Below, piece after piece: positions 49,501-59,825 of a stretch of 64,000 nucleotides of DNA; the first letter of the stretch is position 1; every line of letters starts with the position of its first letter. A program made the position numbers and the translations under genes. The notes under the pieces are model-generated. The model was not told the origin of the DNA. It searched no databases and saw only the letters and a program-made list of their open reading frames with translations. Source of the DNA: Nageia nagi (Eukaryota; Plantae; Pinophyta); contig JBITNC010000002.1 of NCBI GenBank assembly GCA_050084985.1, positions 7,254,001-7,318,000 on the forward strand, written 5' to 3'.

Positions 49501-52500
49501 CAAGAATCAAAAGAACAGCATGAACATAATTTAAGTAATACGATAAAAACTTCAAAAAAGAGTGCAAAGAGAACATGAAGAAGGAAATAAAGACTTGAAT
49601 GCTTATAGAAGAACCTTAAAACTGTCACATATCCAGTAGCCAAAAAACATGCAGAAGATAAGGTTGAAGAGTTGAAAGCCATGAAACAGGAGGATAATGC
49701 TTCAAAGGTTGATGTATATTGGTATCCATATATAATTGAGAGGCAAAAGTCATCAAGAGATGACATGGATCATGAAGGGAACAAAATTATGGGTGTACAA
49801 GAAATCACAAGAAAACTCTTGAGTATATATTGAACCATAGGATATAAGGAACAATAATTTTAGTTACATATTGGCCCAAATGAGCAATGGGTATATACAC
49901 ATTGAAGCATAGGAGCAACACCCATGGAGCATGGTGCCATCCAGGACAAGGACTGTTAAGATTATATTTGAATGTATGAATGATCGAGCATGGAATGAAT
50001 CAGCTTGACACAGAGTGTATGTGGTTACAAGGAAGTTTACTCTTTGGATTCTTCACATTCTTCAAGAGTAAAGCATGTCCTGCAAGTTGGCATGGCCCAT
50101 AATATTATGACGTGTGTAGGGGTTATGGAGTATTTGGCCCAAATCCCTAGATCAGTTATATTAAGTCAGATAGTTGTATACAAGTTATATCGAGAAAAAG
50201 TTGTGGGTTCAGACTTCTGGTTATCTATGGCATGGTTTTGCACTTTGTTTTTTGGATGTTTAGGAGTTTACATAGGACCTATAGCATCTTCCTTGAAATG
50301 AAAATTAATCATAATTTAGAAAAACAGCAGTATACACACATTTTTGAGAGGACAAGTGAATCATCAACAATGGCTATTTATCGGTGGCTGCAGTGATGCA
50401 AAAATGGGATACTACTGGAGGCTACCCATTCATTGCTAGATCTTGTAGCATTTTTCAAAGTCTGTATTACAGAATGAATTCAGAAATATTTTTAGGCTGA
50501 AAAAATTATTGCATGGAATTCATTCTAACTGATGTAGGGCATTTTGGACACAGTTAAGTAGAATATTTAACTGTTGTACTTACTTTCACTTCCTGGTAAA
50601 TTGTGTAAAATAAGATTCACAACATGCACTATTTCCAAATTAATCATACAACAAATAAGGGATTCGTTAATTTTTTATGCATAAATTTTGTTTGAGAGAG
50701 AGATGTCGAATTTTTCAAAAATAGGCCTAGGACTAATATAATATGTTTCTCTTGTTTTTGCTGTATATTTAAATGAAACCTCAGCCCTGATAGCAAATAT
50801 GTCTTGACTGGAGGGGAAGATGATCTAGTCCAGGTATGGAGCATGGAAGACCATAAAGTAGTAGCATGGGGTGAAGGTCACAGCTCGTGGGTAAGTTATA
50901 CTAGTGTTTTGTTTTAGACACATGATTTTTTTTATTCATCTAAATTGGTAAGGTTGTTGTGGCAGGTTAGTGGAGTTGCCTTTGACTCCTACTGGAACCC
51001 TCCTTCTTCAGATGGTACAGGAGAAAATGTCATGTACAGATTTGGATCAGTGGGACAGGTACATATTCTTCTATGCCCTATAATATGTGCAGGAGTCAAT
51101 ATTTTGGTTTCAGCACTATTAATAATATTACTTTTAAGATCGTTGTTGGTATATTTTGATGTGGCAGTTAATATAAAAAAATTGTTGTGAAAAAGAACAA
51201 ATCCAAAGCAAGAAAATGAAAATGTTTGCATTGTCTTTTAGGCAGATTCATAGGAGCGTTTTTTTTTCGAATTATACAAGACAAATTTGTCCCTTGCTGC
51301 AAAATTCTTGTGGCATTATTACCGACATTTTACAGATTCTCCTGGTTCATAGGGATTGACAGATTCATGTTGTTTAAGTAGATTATTTGTAGTTTCAGAT
51401 TATAGGCAATAGACAACATCTCATATTTTGCAATGTCCTCCAATTGGTTCATAAAATTTAAAGTTAGATAATCTGTATTTGATGACTTCTTGAATAGCAT
51501 GGCTTACAGAAATTTACAGATATGGGCCGTAGGCAGTCTAAAAGTTGCAGAAATAGGCCGCTGGTGGTCCTATTTATGCAGAGTTTATTTTTCAAATTTA
51601 ATGTGCAATTGCAAAATACTGAAAAGAATTTACTAACAACATCAAAAGACAATTACACAAATTGACAGAGTCAGGTTTATAATGGTTCATCCCAACGTGG
51701 AAGTACATCGAGTTTGAACATGTCTTCTTCATTATGGAGGTCAAATGGTGATTACAAATTGCAAGATTATGGACCAAAACTGTCATAGAACAGCAAACTC
51801 CTCCAACCGGCAAACAGACCGCTGGCAGTCTGATTCCTGCAGAATCGGATCACCAAATTCAAAAAATATGCGTAATTCTGACTATGGTAGATGTTGGTGA
51901 TGTCCATCTCCACTTATGATAATTTATCTTCCAAAATGAACTTAAATTTCAAATCAAGTGAACTTATAGTGACTATACGAACTGCAAAATTTGCATCATG
52001 ATTATCTTGTAGTCATCTCCCTTATTAGTTGAAGATTATACTTTTGATTTTTTCATTACGTTGACAATGTTATGGTCTCAGAATAATACTCATCGCTATA
52101 TTTAATATCAACATCATGGTTAAAGAGTGCAATATTTCTTTTTGTGAATTGAGTTAATTTTAATTGTTTGTTTTCTCTTATGAGGATATACCATTGATTT
52201 TGCGATTTGGTAATGGATGCAATTATTGCATAGTGACTTAATCTGGCAAAAGTTACCAAATCAATTTTAAGCAATATGAATTAAAAAATCTATTTACTAC
52301 TGCCCACAGGTATCTTTGAAGCTTCTTTTTGATGATTTTTGTTTCGTTCTTATTAGGATACACAATTACTCTTATGGGATCTGGTAATGGATGAAATAGT
52401 TGCACCAAATCGTAAAAGTCTTCCAGGTGGATCGCCCACCTTTAGTACAGGCAGCCAATCTTCCCACTGGGACACTGCATATGCAGTTGGGGTCCTACAG

Positions 52501-52749
52501 CCAGCACCAAGCATGAGAGATGTCCCAAAGCTTGCTCCTGTAATGGCTCACCGTGTTCATGCTGAACCACTTTCTGGCTTAATTTTCACAAAAGATTCGG
52601 TTGTAACTGCTTTGCATGAAGGTCATTTGAAGATATGGGCTAGACCAAGCCATGGTGACTCATCATCTAGCAATTCAGATGCTTCTATTGGTTCCTCAAA
52701 GGAAAAGCAGTTAACAAGCAAAGTTGGTGTCCCTAATTACAAGCAATGA
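19426..52749 (+). CDS. WDR20: WD40-repeat protein of the WDR20/DMWD/CreC family (USP12/46-type deubiquitinase cofactor family); 11 coding exons, 534 aa
   Basis: Exons 19426-19569, 21321-21629, 21742-21850, 21980-22073, 26504-26591, 26715-26798, 35336-35432, 35533-35620, 50785-50890, 50966-51058 and 52357-52749 join with GT-AG sites and consistent phases into 1605 nt with no internal stop. Family motifs: [97 protein letters not shown]. Confidence 0.93.
19813..20150. repeat. Degenerate ~49-bp tandem repeat in intron 1
   Basis: Recurring AATTTGCACCATTGATGTG...GTGAATGAGG units. Confidence 0.7.
21321..21629 (+). CDS. WDR20: WDR20/CreC-like exon 2 (ATIAHLK...NSHDK)
   Basis: TTTGCAG| acceptor, AAG|GTAAAT donor; 309 nt. 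Confidence 0.92.
21742..21850 (+). CDS. WDR20: WDR20/CreC-like exon 3 (DPIKAIHF...LNSGD)
   Basis: TTCTCAG| acceptor, ATG|GTGAG donor; 109 nt. Confidence 0.92.
21980..22073 (+). CDS. WDR20: WDR20/CreC-like exon 4 ([11 protein letters not shown]...GALNS)
   Basis: TTGCAG| acceptor, CAG|GTGTGG donor; 94 nt. Confidence 0.9.
26504..26591 (+). CDS. WDR20: WDR20/CreC-like exon 5 (RCTAVSWVP...YVYDK)
   Basis: TCTGCAG| acceptor, AAG|GTAAG donor; 88 nt. Confidence 0.92.
26715..26798 (+). CDS. WDR20: WDR20/CreC-like exon 6 ([11 protein letters not shown]...HARSSK)
   Basis: TTTTCAG| acceptor, AAG|GTGTT donor; 84 nt. Confidence 0.92.
27864..29847 (+). mobile_element. TSD-flanked, A-tailed non-LTR retroposon carrying a decayed ORF of unknown function, without RT or endonuclease
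   Basis: 14-bp TSD AAAAACCTTGCATA (27850-27863) / AAAAACTTTGTATA (29848-29861), and an A-rich 3' end. Fragmented ORF at 28221-29533 (MGLACRVE...[13 protein letters not shown]...; [26 protein letters not shown]; K/E-rich tail). Confidence 0.7.
31636..32470 (-). mobile_element. Non-autonomous SINE-like element A (right boundary approximate)
   Basis: Terminal motif TTAATGTCCACGGGTGACCAAAAGCGGTCAATGGGA (31654-31689) is homologous to 40053-40089. A short (TTTC)n-like tail follows on the minus strand, and 32360-32460 weakly resembles 40950-41070. Confidence 0.45.
33085..34222 (+). mobile_element. 5'-truncated RTE/RTEX-like LINE 3' fragment, interrupted by a solo LTR
   Basis: With the LTR removed the frame reads [22 protein letters not shown]|[31 protein letters not shown] (C-terminal CCHC knuckle of non-LTR ORF2). 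It ends in a hairpin and a (CATAT)n tail. Confidence 0.8.
33463..33922 (+). mobile_element. Solo LTR (460 bp, copia-like)
   Basis: Perfect 8-bp terminal inverted repeats TGTTAGAA...TTCTAACA and a 5-bp TSD AAAAT/AAAAC. It splits a LINE reading frame and has a TATA-like CATATAAAAG at ~33721. Confidence 0.88.
35336..35432 (+). CDS. WDR20: WDR20/CreC-like exon 7 (SNPIARWH...TVGRD)
   Basis: TTTGCAG| acceptor, ATG|GTACT donor; 97 nt. Confidence 0.93.
35533..35620 (+). CDS. WDR20: WDR20/CreC-like exon 8 (YLRIFD...LLCCAW)
   Basis: TTGCAG| acceptor, GAG|GTAAAT donor; 88 nt. Confidence 0.93.
35825..40031 (+). mobile_element. Internally deleted Ty1/copia element in intron 8 (gag joined to RT; protease and integrase absent)
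   Basis: Diverged LTR pair at ~35825-36090 and 39847-40031 (TTGTGATG...CTTGTATTGCA.AAGTG.CAA.TTTGTTAT.CACTTTTG), with PPT AAAGGAGAAAA at ~39836-39846. gag ([22 protein letters not shown]), RT ([25 protein letters not shown]) and RNaseH ([21 protein letters not shown]) remnants. Confidence 0.88.
36057..37771. repeat. Tandem array of six units (4 x 291 bp, 276 bp, 275 bp)
   Basis: Unit starts ATGTTCCTTACTGTGTTAA at 36057, 36348, 36639, 36930, 37221 and 37497; copies are near-identical. Confidence 0.97.
40040..41100 (-). mobile_element. Non-autonomous SINE-like element B, interleaved with a copia U5/leader-like piece (~40430-40650)
   Basis: Terminal motif at 40053-40089 is homologous to 31654-31689. 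40439-40520 resembles 36011-36080, and 40560-40640 resembles the sub-repeat of the 291-bp unit. Confidence 0.4.
41499..41885 (+). repeat. Long imperfect inverted repeat (hairpin) in intron 8; candidate MIRNA-like hairpin or foldback TE remnant
   Basis: Perfect 21-bp core 41637-41657 / 41741-41761, with pairing extending outward to about 41499 / 41885. Confidence 0.85.
44519..44804. repeat. Tandem duplication, 142-bp period, 2 copies
   Basis: GATAAATGGAAAGG...GAGTGGGG begins at 44519 and 44661. Confidence 0.92.
45012..48060 (-). mobile_element. Large (~3 kb) probable solo LTR of a Ty3/gypsy element, with an internal array of palindromic motifs
   Basis: TG...CA ends (TGATGTAC / GCACAACA) and a minus-strand TATA CTATAAATAG at ~45459-45469. 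A repeat-rich U3-like region spans 46420-47820. No PBS or pol; TSD not recognisable. Confidence 0.6.
50785..50890 (+). CDS. WDR20: WDR20/CreC-like exon 9 ([13 protein letters not shown]...GHSSW)
   Basis: CCTCAG| acceptor, TGG|GTAAG donor; 106 nt. Confidence 0.92.
50966..51058 (+). CDS. WDR20: WDR20/CreC-like exon 10 (VSGVAFD...GSVGQ)
   Basis: GGCAG| acceptor, CAG|GTAC donor; 93 nt. Confidence 0.92.
52357..52749 (+). CDS. WDR20: WDR20/CreC-like exon 11 (DTQLLLWD...PNYKQ*)
   Basis: TTATTAG| acceptor, TGA stop at 52747-52749; 393 nt. Confidence 0.93.
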   Translation, partial: DTQLLLWDLVMDEIVAPNRKSLPGGSPTFSTGSQSSHWDTAYAVGVLQPAPSMRDVPKLAPVMAHRVHAEPLSGLIFTKDSVVTALHEGHLKIWARPSHGDSSSSNSDASIGSSKEKQLTSKVGVPNYKQ

Positions 52750-53339
52750 TTGATTATTTTACTATCCCACTTTCAATATTGACTTGTGAAATTGTGAACT
52801 GCAAATACATTCCGGTATTAGTCATTCCTTTTGACACTTCTACGGCTATTTTGGTTTAGTCTGAGCATCATGTATAAGATATTGAAGGATGAAATCAGCA
52901 GAAGTTTGCTGGTTGTATGTTCATTTTCAAATGTTTGTAAGTTAATTCCTGCATTTCAGCAGGCACCTTTGTACAACCAGTATCCTTGTATTATCATATA
53001 CAATGGTGAATCACCATTCTTATCATTTATGTTTTTATGCTCTCTGTGATGTGATATGTTGACAATAAGGTGGTGTTCTTCTCTTACGATGGGTGGCACC
53101 TTGGAAGAGGAAGGAATTTATCGGTATTATCAAGGAGATGTTAATCTTCCAGCGAAATGTGAATGACATTTGAAGAGGAGACCTTTTTAACGGTTAACTT
53201 TTGAAACTATGGTTAATATTCTAGCCATAGATAAAAAGAGTTGGAAAGGAAGGCAGATTCAAACATTGCCTTTCTTTATATCATATAGGAATTGATGATC
53301 CTGTCTTCATTTCACAGTTTCAGGTTCTCTGAGATGTAC

Positions 53340-53565
53340 ATTTGGTGCTTCCCGGCTCAATTTGTATCATGACTATGTTGTGTTTTTGGGTTTATGAAGA
53401 AATGAAATAAACTATCATATTTTTATCCAAATAAAGTCTATTTGGTGTTTTCCTAGTTTCACATTTTCTTGTATCATAACTATGTTTTGTTTTTGGTGAA
53501 ATAAACTATCATATTTGTACCCAAGTAAGGCCCATTTGGTGTTTTCTTAGTTTCACATTTTCTGA
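53340..53565. repeat. ~95-100-bp imperfect tandem repeat (about 2.3 copies) downstream of the stop codon
   Basis: ATTTGGTG recurs three times and TGAAATAAACTATCATATTT twice. Confidence 0.7.
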
Positions 53566-53916
53566 GTTTGAAACATAGCAGCTACAAGATGTTTGTGCTC
53601 GGCAGATAGTGTGGAATTTGAGGCTATGGTGGTATTTTGTAAGGAAATCTTTTCTTTTGGGAGGAAGTTGGATGGGTGGAGTAAGTTCTAAGATGCATTT
53701 ATTTTTTTAGATTACATTTTTGTTGGGTTTCATTAATGAAAATTACATTAAAGACATGTCTGTGATGATCATCCTCGGTATTTGTCATATCTTGATAACG
53801 ATGTAAGACCCAACTGTGTAGGTGTACAAGCACATCAATATGCTGGTTATGGTTGCATTCGTAATGTTTTATACGTTACCTGTAACAGTTCAACTGTTAG
53901 GGAAGTCAGTGCCATT

Positions 53917-54052
53917 AAATGATATGAAAAATTGGGAGATTGATGTGATCTTTTTCCATTGTGACCTGAGTTCGGGAAGTTGGTGTCAGTAAATGATATG
54001 AAAAATTGGGAGATTGCTGTGATCTTTCTCCATTGTGATCTGAGTTCAAGTT
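53917..54052. repeat. ~73-bp tandem duplication
   Basis: TAAATGATATGAAAAATTGGGAGATTG...CTGAGTTC present twice. Confidence 0.85.
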
Positions 54053-54112
54053 CTATAATTGAATGTTGATGTATCAAAGCTGTGCTGGTTGCTATTGTTT
54101 TTTAAAAATAAA

Positions 54113-54645
54113 GGAAACTTAACCAAAATACTTTTATAAGTTCACAAAATTACCAAAATAACTTTCAATCTTAAAAAAATACTAAAATACCTCTGAACGT
54201 TCATGAAATTACATAAACATTCTTCAATCTTAAAAAATTATTAAAATATTTTAATACAAACATTAAAGGATGATCAACTATAAAGTCCACAATAGGCTCT
54301 ATGGACTTCGGCATAACTGTAATTGTAATAGCAACAGCTACTTCAGTCCCCTCTTCTTTAACCTTGACAAATTAGCAGCCATACATTAACATATAAATTA
54401 ATATACAAATAATATATATGATTTGTATGAGTAATTTATATTCACTCTAATATATTCTATTATCTCAGCTGCTAGTTACCGGCAATTAACAATCATGATA
54501 TTCAGAAAACTATTTTTTTCATTATTTTAACAATTTATTTTTCATAATAGTATTAAAATATTTTTAATTTTTTAATTCATGAATTTTTAATGGTATTATG
54601 GTAATTTCCTAAGATTGATGGATGTTTATGTATTTTCATGAAGAA
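54113..54645. mobile_element. MITE / Mutator-like non-autonomous element with long sub-repeated TIRs
   Basis: TTCATGAAATTACATAAACATTCTTCAATCTTAAAAAATTA (~54200-54240) is the imperfect reverse complement of ~54603-54642; AT-rich and non-coding. Confidence 0.55.
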
Positions 54646-57164
54646 TATTCTTAATATCTTAAAAACAACACAAGAATAAGCCAAAAATGTTTCAATCATT
54701 ATAGACTTTCTATAGAATCACATTATTGTACTAGTTTATCTTTATCCACTAGTTTCTCTTTTATTGCATATATTACTTTAAAGCAACAACTTTTGCTCTC
54801 TAAATTTGATAACTTCCTGTACCATTTGTAATGACTCGAAGCCCATCCAAATTGTACATCATTTTGATGTCAACATTTGAATTAGGATTGGAGTGTGCTT
54901 GGTGATAAAAAACTTGTATCTGAAATTTTTTGTACAAGTAATTACAACGAACAATTATATTCGATGAAGTTGTTTAATTGGAGTTCAACAAATTTAATAA
55001 CGACAAACTCAATGCTGTTTTTATCTAAGAATATCAAATCTATTAAACATGAAAAATTTCTAATAGAGACCAGGGAGTTTTAGTCATTATTGCATATTAA
55101 TAAATTAAATATTAAAATCTATTTTAGCATGAAATATTTTTGCTAGAATGCAACTCTTGAACATATAATCTAATTTTAATTTATAAGTTATAATTGTAAT
55201 AATAAACCTATTAATAGATGAATATTATTATTTAGTTGTTAAGTGTGCGTGTGTGTATTTAGTATTTTAGGTTAATTACTATTTATACCTAAATAGATAT
55301 ATTAATAAAATTAATCACTTGAGTCAAACTAAGTGATTTGGCATGAACTCCTTTGCTATGATATGTGTTGGAGTTAGGAGTGGGAATCTTCATGGTAGCA
55401 TATAGCATGCATATATTGTGGTGACTTAGTTAACTAGATGTCTCATACACTCTAGTTGTGGTTGGTGATTCTTTCTCTCAACAATTGATGAATTTCCAAT
55501 GTTAATTAACATGTAAATTCATCCACGAGAGGTTAACAAGGATGAATATTATTTTGGACTTTGGGTTGAACATATGTTACATGTTAATTTGAGTTACAAA
55601 GAGCATGTGTTGGAAACCTAATCCTTAGAGATTAATGTTGATTGTAAATATTAATTAATTTAGGTGTTATTTGTATATATTACAATTGAATCTCGAGACA
55701 AACAACCAAAATATAAAAAATGTTGTTAGCTAACACTTACATCTTGCTTCATATTGAAGGTTCTACTGTGTAAATTCTAGCTCCACTAAAAGGATTTTCT
55801 AAATTGAAATAGGGGAATAAAAGAATCCCACCAAGATGAAGGAGGAAGACCACAAAACAAACATCTAATCCTCCCAAAAAATATTCGACAATGAAGAGTT
55901 TAAGAGACCAAAAGAGTGGGGAGGAAAATATAGCCACCATGTCGAAGTTTGTTAGCTTACAGGTAAACGATTTCCTTCTCTTAGGGTTTCTAAACCCCAA
56001 ACTCTTCAAAGATTTCATTTGTTTAGGGTTTCTAAGCCCGAAACTCTACACTACCCCAAGATGACACTCCTTGGTTACTTCTGGTCTTCAAGATCTTCTC
56101 AATAAGTCTTGATGGTGCTCTTTTGTTCTGCACTCATCTGTAAGACATCTGTTCACTCCAAACAATGCCTATATGTCACTCAGTCACGTCGAGAATCCAA
56201 ACCAACACCCATAGTTTAGATGTTATAAGTGTATAGAAGTGTGAAAGTATTTAATATTTATGTGTTTTAGGATTGAAGTATTAGTAATATTCTAAAAATC
56301 ACCAAAGATGAAGAATCTTTAAGGAGTCCAAAAGTCACCTTGGAGGGTGAAATGATAAGTCACATCTTCATGTGTTTATGTCTAATCAATTTGATGTAAT
56401 AAAAGCATTTATAGTTTATATAATTTTAGATTTGCCATCTATTAATGGGTCTTACATTTTGTACTACACCATTTGTGATGATAAAAATGAGAGAATATGT
56501 TGTTGCTTTTCCCTTTGGGGTTTCCACATGTTCATCATAGCTTGCTTGGTGCAATTATTGAAATTTTAAGTTTTTCAAGTTCTCACATTATTTACATATT
56601 ATATATCATTGATGCATTAAATTTTAGTTTCTTTAAAATTATTTGTTTTTCCATTTTGCACCTTCAATTACTATTACTACTATGCAATGCTTGTTGCTTT
56701 CTTGTTGTGCATGGTCTTATATGGCATTTTTTATAAGTCGAGAATATGTTTGAAACAATTTAACAAACTAATTTGAAGGAGTCAATGACTCAATAGTAAT
56801 AAGTAAATAGCTTTTAATTTTTTTTTGAAATATCTTCAAAAATATATCAACATTGAATACATAATTGGAAAAATATGTTTATAATTTTTATGATACGATG
56901 TTATATTGAACATAAATTTTTAGTTTCTTATTTTAAATATTATGAACCAAAGTAATTCCTTTATATAAAGCAAATTAATGTATGATATAGAATAGGATAA
57001 TATTTGTACTTTAAAATGTAAGAGATAATATTACAAGCAAAACAAGTTCTCTTTCTTATATTAATTATTCATCATATCATACAAGAAGATTATACAAATA
57101 TTTATAAATATTATAAATAAACTTTGATTAGAGTATATTTGATTTCTACTTTCCTAAATAATTC

Positions 57165-59745
57165 ACTCATTACAACTGTCCAACGCTCCTTTCCAAGTTT
57201 GGACATGTATTTACTCAAAACTCCCATTGCTTGCATAATGTCTAAACGAGGATGGACCATGGAATACATCAAGCTTCCAACAACACTCACATAGGGGACA
57301 TGAGCCATTTCATTTTCCTCTAGTGTAGTCTTAGGACATTGACCAACAAAACATTTAGCACCAATAAGTATAAGCACTAACACAAGTTTTAAGTTTGCAT
57401 ATTGAATCTATTCAATACTATCTCAACATACTTCACTTGATTTACCCACAACTTCTTGATATGAACTCATTTATTGATAGGACCAAGATCCTTCATGTCA
57501 AACTGTGATGCCAACTAAGATTTATCAGCCTTAATCATATTCATATTATTTTCAACCAACAACATATCATCCACATATAGGATTACAACAACAATTGTTT
57601 TCTCAATCCGTTTTGTATACACATAATGATCAACTTGACTTCTTACAAAGTCTAGGTCTAAAACATGGGTATCAAATTTCTGAAACCACATTCTAAGAGA
57701 CTATTTTAGACCATACAAATATTTCCTTAACTTACACACAAGTTTCGCCTACGCTTTTATAATGAATCCTTTTGACACTGATTCATTTAGATCTCCTCCT
57801 CCAAATATCCATCCATTTTTCTTAAATTCAAGATCAAAGGAAACAAAAATGAATAACCAAAAACATATGGAAGTCAATTTTGGAACAACAGAAAATATCT
57901 CACCACTATAACATAGGCTTTATATTTCTCCATCTTTTTGTTTGCATTTAATTTCCTTCTATAGACCCATTTACAGCCAATTGATTTTCACCCAAATGGC
58001 AACTTCATAAGATCCCAAGTCTTATTCTTCTCCAAAGAATTTATCTTTTCATTCATATAAGCATTCCAAAGATCTAACTCTTTGGAATTCATAGCTTCCC
58101 TAAACATCCTAGGGTCTTCATAAAAAAAAAGCAAACGATCGTGCACTAACTTGCAAATGATAAAGGGTCCAATCGATAGGGGTTTTGGGCCAAATCCCTA
58201 TTGATTCTCACACCAAGGGCTATTCATTTTCCTAATGAAGCACAACCTTCTTAGATTGATCTTCATTTGAAATAATTTCCTTAGGAGTATTGTCAAGCTC
58301 TTTAAATACCGCATCTTGACTATATACCATCTTCTTGGTTTTTGGGTTCCAAAGTTTGTATCCTTTCATAGCATAGTTATATTCTATGAAGATATATTTT
58401 ACATACTTATTATCAAGGTTGCTTCTCTTCTCCTTTGAAATATGCATATAAACAATACAATCAAAAACTCTAAGATAGGATAGTGAAAGTTTCTTTGAAT
58501 TGTACCAAGATTCAAATGCATTTAGATTCTATAATACTGATGAGGGTGACCTATTTACAAGGTAGCATGCAATATCAATTGCTACACCCCAGAATTTGTG
58601 TCCATATCTAGCACCACAAAGCATGTTCCTCACCCTTTCCATAAACCTCTGATTCATCCTCTCAGCTACTCCATTCTGGTGAGGAGTACAGGGAGCATTT
58701 TTCTTTTTTACAATTCCAAATAGTTTACAAAAATCCTCAAATGTGTTTGAGAAAATCTCTCCCCCATAATTAATCCTTAACATCTTTATCTTCATTCCAA
58801 TTTGATTCTCAACAAGGGCTTTAAACTTCCTAAAATTCTCAAATACTTAAGATTTATTAGCAAGAAAATACACCCATACATGCCTTGAACAATCAACTAT
58901 AAATGACACATAGAATCTTGCTTTTCCAAGTGATGGGGTAGGTATAGGACCAAAAAATTACTATGCATCATATCTAACACCTCATTTTCTCTAGTAGCAT
59001 CAGATGGGAAATTAACATGATTATATTTTCCAAACACAATGTTCATAGAAATCAAAACCCTTGAAAAGTCTGGAATACCCACAACCATACCTTTTGAGTG
59101 TATCAAACGCAATCCATTCTCTCTAATGTGCCCCATTCAATGATGCCGTAGTAAAGGCTTAAGATTCAACCTTATACACAACAACAATATTAGTGATAAT
59201 ATATCCCAATAATTTCCATAAAGTTTCACAATGAACTCCTTTTCTATTACCCTTGATCCATGTACCAACTTGTAACCCACCTTATCCAAATTGAAATGAA
59301 TGCATATGATACTCATCTTGCCCATAGAAATAATATTTCTAGCAATATTTGGGATATGATATACTCATGGAAGAGTTTTAATCCTCCCATCAAATAGGTG
59401 TAATTTCACTTTACTACGTTTAACAATAGAACATGTTGAATCATCAATAAGAAATATATTGCCTCCATCAAATTTTTCATACTCATAAAACCAATGCCTG
59501 CATTGGGTCATATGAAAAGATGTACCAACATTAAATCATATGAAAAGATGTACCAACATATGAAAAGATGTACCAAATTTTTCATACTCATAAAACCAAT
59601 GCCTGAAAAGATGTACCATTGAATCATCAATAAGAAATATATAGCTTCTTGATTGGATTTTGCTTTTGTAGAGGTGGAAGCATCAAATCCTTTTCCAAAT
59701 ACATGTATCTAGCATTTTATAACAAACTTTCCATGAGACTTAATC
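57165..59745 (-). pseudogene. Truncated Ty1/copia pol remnant (end of gag, protease, integrase, RT)
   Basis: VGTSFHMTQCRHWF (protease region), MGHIRENGL, PCTPHQNGVAERMN, GYKLWNP, VPYVSVVGSLMYSMVHPRLDI. No RNaseH or flanking LTR pair recognised. Confidence 0.88.
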
Positions 59746-59825
59746 CAAGGATACTAACTCTGCAATGAACAAGGCATAAATCCCAACATGTAGTATCTCA
59801 TGTTGGGTAAAATGAGTATCAATAT

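Noticed and set aside
50644-51231. Minus-strand ORFs overlapping exons 9-10
   Set aside because: Antisense shadows of the real + strand exons.
55720-56740. LTR belonging to the copia at 57165-59745
   Set aside because: It has LTR-like motifs, but no boundaries, PPT adjacency or partner LTR could be established.
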